A stretch of DNA of 64,000 nt. It comes from an uncultured Aliarcobacter sp. GTDB lineage: Bacteria; Campylobacterota; Campylobacteria; Campylobacterales; Arcobacteraceae. Shown piece after piece: positions 1 to 10,097 of this stretch (positions are counted from its first letter, which is position 1; each line of letters opens with the position of its first letter). The position numbers and the translations under genes are program-made. The notes under the pieces are model-generated. The model made no database searches, was not told the DNA's origin, and was given only the letters and a program-made list of their open reading frames with translations. The stretch is from positions 1,952,001-2,016,000 of the forward strand of contig OY781945.1 in the NCBI GenBank assembly GCA_963677435.1, given 5' to 3'.

Positions 1-50
1 CCTTCTTGATGTAATGATTCTACAACCATTTTTGCGCCAGTCATTCTCAT
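1..50 (-). CDS. ilvI: Acetolactate synthase large subunit, 5' end only (runs off window)
   Basis: Reverse complement reads MRMTGAKMVVESLHQEG, a typical IlvB/IlvI N-terminus, with a GGAG RBS upstream. Confidence 0.75.
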   Translation of the reverse strand, partial: MRMTGAKMVVESLHQE

Positions 51-153
51 GATAATTCTCCGTTTTTCTAAAAATAAGTATTTATTTTACAAAAACTATA
101 ATTAAAATACGGTTTGATGGTTCAATTAATTTTGCAATATAATTATATATTAT

Positions 154-2064
154 CTATTTATCCATATTTTCAGGAATGCTAAAGTAATATCCTTGGGAAT
201 AATCAACTCCAAGTAATCTAATCATTTCATAAATTTCTTTACTACTTACATGCTCTGCAATCACTTTAATTCCTGCTTCTTTTGCAAATTCAACAATATT
301 TTTTACTAATAAAAACGATATTTTATCTTCTAAAATTTTGCCTATTAAAGAGCCATCGACTTTTATGTAATCAATTTTTATTTGTGATAAATATACAAAA
401 TTTGAATAGCCACTTCCAAAATTATCAATAAATAGTTTATATCCTAATTTTTTCAGCATAATTAAATTATCTTTTGCCTCTTCTGAAGTTAATAAATCTT
501 TACTTTCAACAATTTCTAAACCCAATCTATTTGAAATATTCTCTTCTAATGCAAAGTTTTTTAAGATTTGAAGAACTGAATTATCAGTAATATCTTTTGA
601 AGTTATATTTAAATTTATTTTTATATCTTTATTTTCTTGCAACTTTTTATAACAAATTTTTAAAACTGCCTTTGTAATATTTCTTAAAATAAAAGTTCCC
701 TTTATTACCGGTAAAATCTTTTCTGGAAGAATTATATTTCCATTTTTATCTATAATTCTAAGTAATGCTTCATAATGTGAAACTTCTTGAGTTTTTGTAT
801 CTACAATTTTTTGATAATAACAAACAACTTGTTTTTTATCTATTGCATCTTTGATTTCATTTATTGAAATACTTAAATCATTATTTTTATTTTCTCTTTC
901 ATCATAAATCTCAATATTATTTCTACCTTTACTTTTAGCATTGTACAAGGCTAAATCGGCTAGTTTAAAAGCTTCTGTAAAATTTCTTGATTTATTTGGT
1001 ACTAAATTTACTCCAATTGATACGGTTATATTCATAAACTCTTGATTGTTAATTTGAAATTTCTTTTCTTGAATATTTTTAAAAATCCTCTCAATTACAT
1101 TTAATGCACTTAAATTATCATTTCGATTAATTTTCGCTAATATTACAAACTCTTCTCCTCCATATCTAATAACAATATCCTCTTTTAAACGAATAGTTGA
1201 AGTTATAGATTGAGCGATTTGAGTTAATATTTTATCTCCAACATCATGACCATAAGTATCATTTACTACTTTAAAATAATCAATATCTAAAGTTGCCAAG
1301 ATATATTCATCTAAATTTATAAAACTCTCTGATTCTTGCAAATAATTTCTATTATAAACACCAGTTAATTTATCTGTATAAGCTGTTTTTTTGATGGCTG
1401 TATATTTAAATGTTTGAACAATTAAAAGAATTAAAAAAACAAGAATTATTAGAATAATCACAATTATTGCATATTTCATTAAAGTAAGAATTTTATTTAT
1501 ATCTTCAATTTTTTTAATTGAGAAATCAACAGCTAAAATTAGTTCTACTTTATCATTTTTTATAATTGGAACTAAATAAGTAATTAATAATTGATGTGAA
1601 AATCCGTGATCAAGAATAAGAGGTTTTTTTGTTTCAAAAATTTCAAGCCATTTTGGATTATCTATATCAAATTTTTGATTCAAAAAAGCCTTTTCACTAT
1701 CTTTAGCTCCATCTGCTAAAAATCTAAATATTCCTCTATAATCCTTATAAATCAAATATGCATATTTAATATTTGGTGTTAATAAAAGACTTAAATTTTT
1801 TTCAATTTGTGCTCGTAAATTTATATTTGTTTCTAACTCTTTTGCATAATTATCTGAGCTAGAAGCTAAAGATTTACTAATAAATGAAGCATTATTATTC
1901 GCAATAGACATTACATCAAAAGTAGATATATCAATCATTTTTTGAGTTATATTTTTCTCTAATTTCACTGTTCCATAAAGTAGTAATAAAAAAATACAAG
2001 ATATAAAAGAAGCCAAAAATATTAAATAAATTGGATTTTTAATAAATAAAATTTTCTTCATCAA
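154..2064 (-). CDS. Membrane-anchored GGDEF-EAL c-di-GMP signalling protein
   Basis: Two TM helices flank a periplasmic domain; DKLTG..NR, DIDYFK.VND.YGH, RYGGEEF, YEALLR; EAL loop reads IDNFGSGYS. Confidence 0.93.
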   Translation of the reverse strand: MMKKILFIKNPIYLIFLASFISCIFLLLLYGTVKLEKNITQKMIDISTFDVMSIANNNASFISKSLASSSDNYAKELETNINLRAQIEKNLSLLLTPNIKYAYLIYKDYRGIFRFLADGAKDSEKAFLNQKFDIDNPKWLEIFETKKPLILDHGFSHQLLITYLVPIIKNDKVELILAVDFSIKKIEDINKILTLMKYAIIVIILIILVFLILLIVQTFKYTAIKKTAYTDKLTGVYNRNYLQESESFINLDEYILATLDIDYFKVVNDTYGHDVGDKILTQIAQSITSTIRLKEDIVIRYGGEEFVILAKINRNDNLSALNVIERIFKNIQEKKFQINNQEFMNITVSIGVNLVPNKSRNFTEAFKLADLALYNAKSKGRNNIEIYDERENKNNDLSISINEIKDAIDKKQVVCYYQKIVDTKTQEVSHYEALLRIIDKNGNIILPEKILPVIKGTFILRNITKAVLKICYKKLQENKDIKINLNITSKDITDNSVLQILKNFALEENISNRLGLEIVESKDLLTSEEAKDNLIMLKKLGYKLFIDNFGSGYSNFVYLSQIKIDYIKVDGSLIGKILEDKISFLLVKNIVEFAKEAGIKVIAEHVSSKEIYEMIRLLGVDYSQGYYFSIPENMDK

Positions 2065-2531
2065 AAATCTTCCACAAATTTATCATAATCTTCTGATAAT
2101 TTTATTTTTTCTTTTTCCAATCTTGCTTTTATAAAAGTTATATTTGGTCTACTTTTACTCCAAAAAAATGCTCCTAGATATCTATCATCATTTAATAATT
2201 TTTCATAATTATTTGTAAAAAATATTTTTTCTTTTAAATCTTTACAATAGGAGTTTAAATCAATATCTCTTTTTACAAAAATAAAATTTGCATCTGTACA
2301 ACTATTAGTTAAAGTAAAATTCTTAGAATATACACTTTTTTCCATATCTGAAATTTCTGGAATAAAAAGTTTTATATCACTTTTTATTGAAGCATGGGCA
2401 ATATTTAATATAATTTGAGATTCAAGTTCTAACTCTTTATCATATTTATTAAGTAAAAAAGTATATTGTTCAGCATTTAGAACTACTACAAATGTGATTA
2501 AAAATATTATATATTTCATTAAAACATCCAC
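2061..2531 (-). CDS. Exported protein, possibly YfiR/HmsC-like periplasmic regulator
   Basis: Signal-peptide-like N-terminus; GAFFW..RPNI motif; lies between a TonB receptor and a GGDEF gene, overlapping both. Confidence 0.5.
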   Translation of the reverse strand: MDVLMKYIIFLITFVVVLNAEQYTFLLNKYDKELELESQIILNIAHASIKSDIKLFIPEISDMEKSVYSKNFTLTNSCTDANFIFVKRDIDLNSYCKDLKEKIFFTNNYEKLLNDDRYLGAFFWSKSRPNITFIKARLEKEKIKLSEDYDKFVEDF

Positions 2532-4402
2532 TTCATTGAAAGTGTAAATACTCTTTCATAATCATCAAGTAAAAAATTGTTCCCTGAATCTGAAAATACA
2601 GATTGTGTTGAACTGTCTAAAAGATTTTCGCCTTTTAAACTAACTTTTAAATTTTTATTTATGTTATATGATGTTCCCAATGAAATATTATAAGAAGCAT
2701 CTACATTTAAATTTGCGTAACTATAAGCATTTCTATATATTAAAGAAGTGAAATATTCGAATTTATCATACTCTCCCATATACTTTATAGTTGCACCTTT
2801 ATTTGAGTTATTTACAGTTTCAGTTATTTTTGTTGCAAAATAATTTAAAGATAGTTTGTCACTATCTGAAAGCTGATAATCATAACTATAAATAAAACCC
2901 TCTGTTTTGATAGTATGATCACTAATATTCATAAATCCATATTTAGGATGATAATAAAGAAAATCATCTATTTGTACATTGTGGTGAGTTACTCTGAACT
3001 TTTGATTTTCTGTTGTATAAACGCCTTCTACTGTAAAAAACTTATATTTTTGTACATCTAAATTTCTATTTGAAAAAGCATAATCTACATTATAAAAAGA
3101 TGGTGGTAAATAGGTTTTTGTATAAAAAGTTTTTAATCCAAAGTTTTCAAAAGGAGTATAAATAGCACCTACTCTATAAAGTTCTTCTGAAATATCATCT
3201 ATTAATCCTGATCTTTTATATTTATCAAATTTAGCATTTCCTATTAAAATTAGATTATCAAAGAGCTTATAATCATCTTCCAGCATTAAAGAAAAAACAT
3301 TTTCTTCATCAAAATCAGTGTATCTACTAAGATTAGTTTCTTTATTAGAAAAATTAACTGTTTTTAGGGTTTTTGTTTCATATGTTTTTTTTGAAACATT
3401 AATTCCTGTAACAAAACTATTGTTTCCATATTCATAAGATTTCGTTAGATTAGCTTTTAATTTTGTTAATTTTAAATCAATATCAATTTTCTTGAGATTA
3501 CGAAAAGGTGTTAAAAACATTCCTTCTTGATTTTCTTCTTCATTTTTCATATCATTAACATCTATTGAAACATTTGCTTTTAAAGAGCTATCATCAAGAA
3601 AATATTTTGTAACATCTATAAAAAAATCTTTTGTTACTATTTCTCCATCATCAGGAACTGAATCATAAGCCAATCCTGCATAATTGTCTTTTTTCAAATC
3701 ATTATAAGCCATATTTATATCTGTTGTTTCATTATTTAGATTTAAAAATAGATATCTTCTTGTTGCGTCATTATTTAATACATTATCTTTATATTTTGCA
3801 CTTTCATTACTTTTTTCATTACTTACATATGCTAAATAAGACCAGCCATTTTCATAAGCTTTTGAATCTGTCATGCTTTGAGCAAAAGAGTTTTTTGAAG
3901 TCCCTTTTAAATTTAACTCTGTACCATTTTCTTTTATACCTTTTTTTGTATAAAGCCTAACAAAATAAATTCCTGTTTCATTACCATAAGAGAATGAACT
4001 TTCACCATAATATATCTCTATATGATCAATAAAATCTAAAGGTAAATCTCCCCAAGAAGAAGATGCACTTTGATTATAAATTGAACTAACTTCATGGTCA
4101 TTAATAAAAATTCTTAAAAATCCACTAACTGCTGCTTTTGTAGCAGAAGGAGATACAGTTAAAACTCCAAATCTATTTTTGTTAAAATTTATAAGCGGTA
4201 ACTCTTTTAAAATATCATTTAACTTATTGTATTGCATAAGTTGTATATCTTTTTGAGAATAGATAAAAACATGTCCAAGTTTTTCATCTATTGTTTGTAA
4301 TGATTTTTCGCTTGTAGTGTTATATTGTTGTAATAAATTATCCAAGTCATTAGAAAATAGTAAGCTATGAAATATAAAAAATAATAAAATATAAATTTTC
4401 AT
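2519..4402 (-). CDS. TonB-dependent receptor-like outer-membrane protein
   Basis: Signal peptide, plug motif (PLDFIDHIEIYYGESSFSYG), GENLLD and a C-terminal aromatic residue. Confidence 0.8.
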   Translation of the reverse strand: MKIYILLFFIFHSLLFSNDLDNLLQQYNTTSEKSLQTIDEKLGHVFIYSQKDIQLMQYNKLNDILKELPLINFNKNRFGVLTVSPSATKAAVSGFLRIFINDHEVSSIYNQSASSSWGDLPLDFIDHIEIYYGESSFSYGNETGIYFVRLYTKKGIKENGTELNLKGTSKNSFAQSMTDSKAYENGWSYLAYVSNEKSNESAKYKDNVLNNDATRRYLFLNLNNETTDINMAYNDLKKDNYAGLAYDSVPDDGEIVTKDFFIDVTKYFLDDSSLKANVSIDVNDMKNEEENQEGMFLTPFRNLKKIDIDLKLTKLKANLTKSYEYGNNSFVTGINVSKKTYETKTLKTVNFSNKETNLSRYTDFDEENVFSLMLEDDYKLFDNLILIGNAKFDKYKRSGLIDDISEELYRVGAIYTPFENFGLKTFYTKTYLPPSFYNVDYAFSNRNLDVQKYKFFTVEGVYTTENQKFRVTHHNVQIDDFLYYHPKYGFMNISDHTIKTEGFIYSYDYQLSDSDKLSLNYFATKITETVNNSNKGATIKYMGEYDKFEYFTSLIYRNAYSYANLNVDASYNISLGTSYNINKNLKVSLKGENLLDSSTQSVFSDSGNNFLLDDYERVFTLSMKWMF

Positions 4403-4480
4403 AATGCCCTAGTTTTGAGTTTTTTGCGTATTGTAATTAAATTTTGGTTAATTTATAATTACAATAATGATTATCTTAGT

Positions 4481-5191
4481 CTAAATCAGTTTATATTCTA
4501 TTGGAATTTGAATTTCTATACTTTTATTTGTTTTAGGGAAGTTTTTTGAAGCTTCTTGTATTGCTTCAATAGTTGCCTTTTGTAAAAATTTATGACCTTC
4601 AATGATTTCAATACTTTCTACTATTCCATTTTGCGAAATTTTAAATCTTGCAATTACAACACCCTCGATTGAAAGTTTTCTTGCTTTCAAGGGATATTTA
4701 ACATTTTCATTAATTAATTTTCTAATTAAAGCTAGATGTTTATCTAAATACTCTTTTTTTTCATCAACAGGTTTTGATAAAATTTCTTTATCAGGAGAGA
4801 TAGGTTTTTCTACTATTTTATCTGAGATTTCTTTTTCTGATTTTTCAGCAACTTCAATCTTTTTTTCAACAATTTCTTTCTTTATATTTTTTTTCTCAAC
4901 AACTTTTTTTTCTATCTTTTTTTTGATAATAGGAGTTGGTGTTTCAAGTACTTTTTCTTTTAGTTTTTTTACAACTTCTTTTTCTTCTTTTAGTTTTGGT
5001 TCTTCTTTTATTTGCTCTTTTTGTTCACTCTTTATCTCCTGTTTTAGTTCTACATGATTTAAAGATATTGTTTTTATTTCATCTTTTTTTTCTATGATAA
5101 TTTTATCATTTGCAAAGGTGTAAAAAATTCCTATGCCAAAAAAGCTATAAAAAAACAAAGCTATAAAAAAAGAATTAAAATATCTTTTCAT
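4481..5191 (-). CDS. tonB: Energy transducer TonB
   Basis: N-terminal TM helix, K/E/P-rich linker, YP..AR..IEG.V C-terminal domain. Confidence 0.9.
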   Translation of the reverse strand: MKRYFNSFFIALFFYSFFGIGIFYTFANDKIIIEKKDEIKTISLNHVELKQEIKSEQKEQIKEEPKLKEEKEVVKKLKEKVLETPTPIIKKKIEKKVVEKKNIKKEIVEKKIEVAEKSEKEISDKIVEKPISPDKEILSKPVDEKKEYLDKHLALIRKLINENVKYPLKARKLSIEGVVIARFKISQNGIVESIEIIEGHKFLQKATIEAIQEASKNFPKTNKSIEIQIPIEYKLI

Positions 5192-5565
5192 TTTTTTGTA
5201 ACAATCGAGATATTTGAGTATTCGTATGTTTTTAACATATCTAAGACTAATACAAAAGTCTCAAATTTTGCATTTTTATCACTATTTATATGAATTGGTG
5301 TATCTTTTGGAAATTGTAAAATATGCTCTTTGATATTATCTAAACCCTCTATAAAGTTATTACAATAAAAAGTTCCATCTTCTTTGATTACGATGATTAT
5401 TTCTTTGTTTACTTCTATATTATTCGCATTTTTTGCAGTTGGTAGGGATATTGGAATTATCCCTTTTGATATAAAAGTTGAAGTCATTAAAACAATAGTT
5501 AAAAGTACAAGTAATACATCAATAAAAGGTATTACATTTATAGAATCATACTTCTTCAGTTTCAT
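5188..5565 (-). CDS. exbD: Biopolymer transport protein ExbD
   Basis: INVIPFIDVLLVLL motif. Confidence 0.93.
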   Translation of the reverse strand: MKLKKYDSINVIPFIDVLLVLLTIVLMTSTFISKGIIPISLPTAKNANNIEVNKEIIIVIKEDGTFYCNNFIEGLDNIKEHILQFPKDTPIHINSDKNAKFETFVLVLDMLKTYEYSNISIVTKK

Positions 5566-5971
5566 ATTTGCTCTCTAAAACTTCTGCATATCGACCTAAA
5601 ATATTGTAAAAAATCTGAGAAGCAATAGCAACCACAAGTCCAGCAGCAGTTGCTTTTAAAGCAAGTGCTAACGAACTCATAATTTTTGCAGCTTCAATAT
5701 CACCATTTCCCATTGTCATAAAAGTTAGCATAATAGCTAATACAGTTCCCAATAATCCAATATATGGAGAATTTGAAGCAATAGTTCCAATAATTGTAAG
5801 ATGTTTTGTCAAAGCAATATCTAGGGCTTTTTTATTTTTATAACTTGATACATCAATATTTTTATAAAATATCACTCTTTCTATAAAAAACCAAAAAGAG
5901 ATAAAACTCATAAATATAAGTAAGGCAACAACACCATAATCAACTAAATTTTTTAGAACTTCTATATTCAT
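5546..5971 (-). CDS. exbB: TonB-system energizer ExbB
   Basis: SPYIGLLGTV and ALKATAAGLVVAI motifs. Confidence 0.93.
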   Translation of the reverse strand: MNIEVLKNLVDYGVVALLIFMSFISFWFFIERVIFYKNIDVSSYKNKKALDIALTKHLTIIGTIASNSPYIGLLGTVLAIMLTFMTMGNGDIEAAKIMSSLALALKATAAGLVVAIASQIFYNILGRYAEVLESKYETEEV

Positions 5972-7322
5972 TGTAAAATCCTTTTTCTTAAATTACTTCT
6001 TAAATACCATCTAACAACACCTGTAATTAAAAGTACAAGTAGAAGTATTGAAGCCAAATCATTTATCCAAATCCACCAAGAAGCAAAAAAACTTCCATCG
6101 TGTAAAGAGTATAGAAGATTATGTAGAGTTATATTGTCAAAAACTGGCAATTTTATATCATGATTATGAGATGAGAAATATTGAATTTTTCCATCTTTAA
6201 AAAATATATCTTTAAACATATGTGGAGTATCTTCCAAAACTTTAAAACTATTATTGTCTAAAACTCTATTTGATGAACCCATTCCACTAACATATAAAAC
6301 ATCGCCTTTTCTAATAAGTTTATAGGCAAAACCTTCTGAGACAAATTCAAAATTTATTAAATCACTACTTTTGAAAATTCCAAATCTATTTCCAATATAA
6401 AAATCTTTTCCATCAAAATCAGCTCCAAAAATATCACTTTTTAGAGTTTTATAAACAGGTGGTAAAAACTTATTTGGAATTGTAATTTCATTCATAAATT
6501 TATTTAAATCTTTTCCATGATCAAGGAAAATACCACTTATTACTAAAAGCATTATAGGAATAATTGCTATTATAGAAAAAATATTCGAATGAAGTTTTAC
6601 AAATACTTTATACTATTTTTGTAGGTTTTACTACTTTTTATATTTTTAATAAGCCACCATAAAATAAAACCACTAAAACCTAAAATTATCAAAACAATTG
6701 CAGCATAATCATTTATTAATAATGAAAGATGTCCATCAAAAAGCCCTCTTCCATAGTGTATATCTCTTATTAGTCTAGAAAGAGTAATATCATTTGTTAA
6801 CAACTTTTCTGGAATAGAAACTTCTTTATCAAATAGTATTAGATTAGTATTTAAATCCACAAAAATTACATTTGTTTTATCTTCAACGGCTAATAATCTA
6901 TCTTTGTATATATTTAAAGATTTTATAATCTTTCCATCTAATAGATATTTATTCCAATTTAAACTTTTAAATCCTTTTCTATAAATACCATTTGCAGTTG
7001 CCACATATAAAAAATCATCACTATTTTTTATAGAATAAACAACTTCATCAAGGGTTTGAATAAAATTTTCACCTGCATCAAAACTTTCGTAAATTCCCCT
7101 AGCTCCACCTGCAATTATATGTTTTTCATCATTTGGATTTATCAAATATGAATAAAAACTTCCATTATTTAGTTTATATACACTCGAGGGAACATCTTTT
7201 AATGTAGTAGTATGTAAAAACTTCCAATTATAATGATCTAGAAAAAATCCTGTGATTGAAAGTATTAAAATAACCACTCCAGCTATTAAGCCAGAGATTT
7301 TATGTATTTTTCTATTTGTCAT
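5968..7322 (-). pseudogene. PepSY-associated TM-helix protein split by a 1-nt frameshift near 6601-6603 (ORFs 6597..7322 and 5968..6552)
   Basis: Both ORFs carry PepSY-TM motifs (HKISG, SITGFFLDH, DIHYG, LHDG); adding one T at TATTTGTAA gives a continuous frame ...KYFVKLHSNIFSIIAIIPIMLLVISG... Confidence 0.7.
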
Positions 7323-7329
7323 AATTTTC

Positions 7330-9372
7330 CTAAAACTTATAATTTAAACCAGCATAATATGCTCTTGGATTACCAGGAGTATAACTATCTGACCAACTAC
7401 TTGATGCACTTGTAGCATATTTTTTATCTGTAATATTTGTAACTTTTCCAAAGATAGAAAGATTTTTTGAAAGATTATAAGTTCCTTTTACATTTCCTAT
7501 TTCATAACCTGAATATTTTTTTGTATTTTCATTATTCATATAATAATCGCCAACATATTGGATTTCACCCATTAATGTTAGTTTTTTCATAAAAAATGGA
7601 TTGTAAAATAGTCTAAAATTTCCAGTATGATTTGGAGCTTCAGCCATTTCATTATCATTGTAATTAATATCATCTACAAAATTATGTCTGCTATAACTAT
7701 ATGCGATTTTTGAAGAAATATCTTCTGTTAGATTTGAGAATAATGTTAATTCAATCCCTTTGTGTTCTGATTTTCCACCATTTAAATAATAGGTATTTCC
7801 ATCAGAGTCTTTATTTGTAGTAATCGTATCTTCTATATTCATAAAATATGCACTTGATTCAAAATATGCTTTTTCAAACTCTTTTTTAAATCCTACTTCA
7901 TAAGTATTTGTTGTTTCTGGGTCTAATTTTGCTTCTGAATATCCAGCTTTCATAGAGTATAATTTTGTAGCAGAGGGAATTGTAAAACCATTTGCATATC
8001 TTGTATATAAAGTTGTTGTTTCATCTAATTTGTAAGTAAATGAAGCTTTTGGACTAAAGTGAGTAAAACTATCTTCTTTATCATTTGGTCGATAGTAAAC
8101 TCCTGAAGCATCCGTTCCAGTTGAGAGATTGTTTTTATAATCAAATTTATTATAATCAAACCTTGCGCCTAAATCAAAATCTAGTTTTTCTGTTATTTCC
8201 CATTTGTTATTTACATAAGGAGCAATTGCTGTATATGTTACATCATAATCATAAATTGAGCCTTTTGGATATGTTTTTCCACTAGCTGTTGTTGCAAAAT
8301 CTTGATTATAAACTAAAGAAGAATCAGTATATTCTGTATCAAAACCAAAAATAACTTCTCCATAATTTGTATCTAAAGTATTTCTTTGAAGTAAACCAAG
8401 AGTATATATTTTAGTATCGTTTGATGGAAGATTTTTTTCCCATGTTGCTACATATTTATTTTCATTAAATCTAATATATGGAGTTAAAACTATTTCTAAA
8501 TTATCATTAGAATAATTTGCCCAATCAACACTAAGTCTTGCAAAATCGAACTCTCTTCTTATATCTGTATTTTTTAATGCTGTATAAAAAGAAGCTTTGT
8601 CACTAGCTTTTTTTGAGGCATCAGTAATATATGAATAATCACTAAAACTATCAGCTTGTTCGGCATCTGTTTTTGTATAGTTAAATATAGTTTTTAAGAT
8701 ATTTTCATCATTGTATTTATAGTCATATCTTAGATTTGCTTCAATTCTATCATAAGAAGTGTGTTCTCTGTATCCATCCTCTGTGGAATAACTAACATTT
8801 GCTCTATATGCTGATTTTTCATCTAAAGTATCACTCATTTCTGCTTTTGCAGAATAAAAACCAAAACTTCCTGCTGTTGTTTTCACTTCTCTTTCAAGGG
8901 TTTTTGATGGTTTTTCCAAAGAATTTACATTAATAGTTGCAGCAACTGCATCAGAACCATATAAGGCACTTCCTGCACCTTTTAGAACTTCAACATTATC
9001 TGCATTTTCAAAACTTGTGTATGCTAAACCATTGTGATTAAAAAATCCTGAAGATTGAACAGCAAGTCCATCTTGCATAAATAAATAATACCCATTTGTA
9101 CCATTTGGCATACGAATAGCAGTTGTGTGTCCGATTCCTGAACTTGTTTGTTCAATTCGAACACCTGAAAGTGAGTTTAATAACTCTTTTTGAGTAGTAG
9201 CTTGGTCTAAATCAATTTCATTCTTATCTTTTTTTGAAATACTATTTGCGATGACAAGATTTTGTTCTTCTTGTTTAGTTGGGGTTACACTTATTTGATT
9301 TAATTCTATTATTGAATCATTTGCTAAAAGATAAGTGCAAACACTTAATGATAAGATAAGTTTTTTGCTCAT
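7330..9372 (-). CDS. TonB-dependent receptor
   Basis: VEVLKGAGSALYGSDAVAATIN plug motif, LDPET, C-terminal GLNYKF. Confidence 0.93.
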   Translation of the reverse strand: MSKKLILSLSVCTYLLANDSIIELNQISVTPTKQEEQNLVIANSISKKDKNEIDLDQATTQKELLNSLSGVRIEQTSSGIGHTTAIRMPNGTNGYYLFMQDGLAVQSSGFFNHNGLAYTSFENADNVEVLKGAGSALYGSDAVAATINVNSLEKPSKTLEREVKTTAGSFGFYSAKAEMSDTLDEKSAYRANVSYSTEDGYREHTSYDRIEANLRYDYKYNDENILKTIFNYTKTDAEQADSFSDYSYITDASKKASDKASFYTALKNTDIRREFDFARLSVDWANYSNDNLEIVLTPYIRFNENKYVATWEKNLPSNDTKIYTLGLLQRNTLDTNYGEVIFGFDTEYTDSSLVYNQDFATTASGKTYPKGSIYDYDVTYTAIAPYVNNKWEITEKLDFDLGARFDYNKFDYKNNLSTGTDASGVYYRPNDKEDSFTHFSPKASFTYKLDETTTLYTRYANGFTIPSATKLYSMKAGYSEAKLDPETTNTYEVGFKKEFEKAYFESSAYFMNIEDTITTNKDSDGNTYYLNGGKSEHKGIELTLFSNLTEDISSKIAYSYSRHNFVDDINYNDNEMAEAPNHTGNFRLFYNPFFMKKLTLMGEIQYVGDYYMNNENTKKYSGYEIGNVKGTYNLSKNLSIFGKVTNITDKKYATSASSSWSDSYTPGNPRAYYAGLNYKF

Positions 9373-9543
9373 TGTTTATAATTTCCTAAAATAATTTTTA
9401 GAATAGTAAAACAGTTGTGTTAATTATCTATTAATTATTAGTTAATTAATATCTAAATGTAGGATTTCTTTTTATATTTTAGTTCTAAGTTGGTGTAAAC
9501 AACATCATTAACTTACTTCTGGATTTTTTGATTTTAGATAATA

Positions 9544-9912
9544 TCAAATCTTGCTATTTTTGCCTAAAATAAAAAGTATAATTTTTCGCAAAATGAAAAG
9601 AAGTTTATAAAGTAGATTTGAAATGAAATTATCATACTTAAACAAAAAATGAAGTTTTCCCAAAAGAGTAGTTTTATCAACCGCACTATTTAAAAACTCT
9701 AAAGCTTTTGCACCTTGAAAACAGTCGTTTTTATAGAGAACAATAAAACCATTATTTATATCAAGATTTTTACACAAAATAGATATTTCATCAAGATTTT
9801 CTCTTGCGTTTTTTAGGATAATTTCAAAGTTTTTTTTTAATTTTACAAGATTTGCGTATTTTGAACAAAAAGGACACTGTTTATCATAATATAAAATTAT
9901 TTTATTTTTCAA
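9544..9912 (-). CDS. DCC1-like thiol-disulfide oxidoreductase (DUF393)
   Basis: LYYDKQCPFC (DxxCxxC) motif. Confidence 0.8.
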   Translation of the reverse strand: MKNKIILYYDKQCPFCSKYANLVKLKKNFEIILKNARENLDEISILCKNLDINNGFIVLYKNDCFQGAKALEFLNSAVDKTTLLGKLHFLFKYDNFISNLLYKLLFILRKIILFILGKNSKI

Positions 9913-10097
9913 GTTACTTCACTCTTTTCTTATTTAATAAGCTGTTATTATAATATTGGTTCAGAAATATTGACAAACAGGTCTATTAGAATATTGTATA
10001 AATTATTATTAATATTAGTAATTCAAATATTCTTTACTACTTTTAAGATTACTACAGATATTATTCTACTGAAAAATATATTAATACAGGAGAAAAT

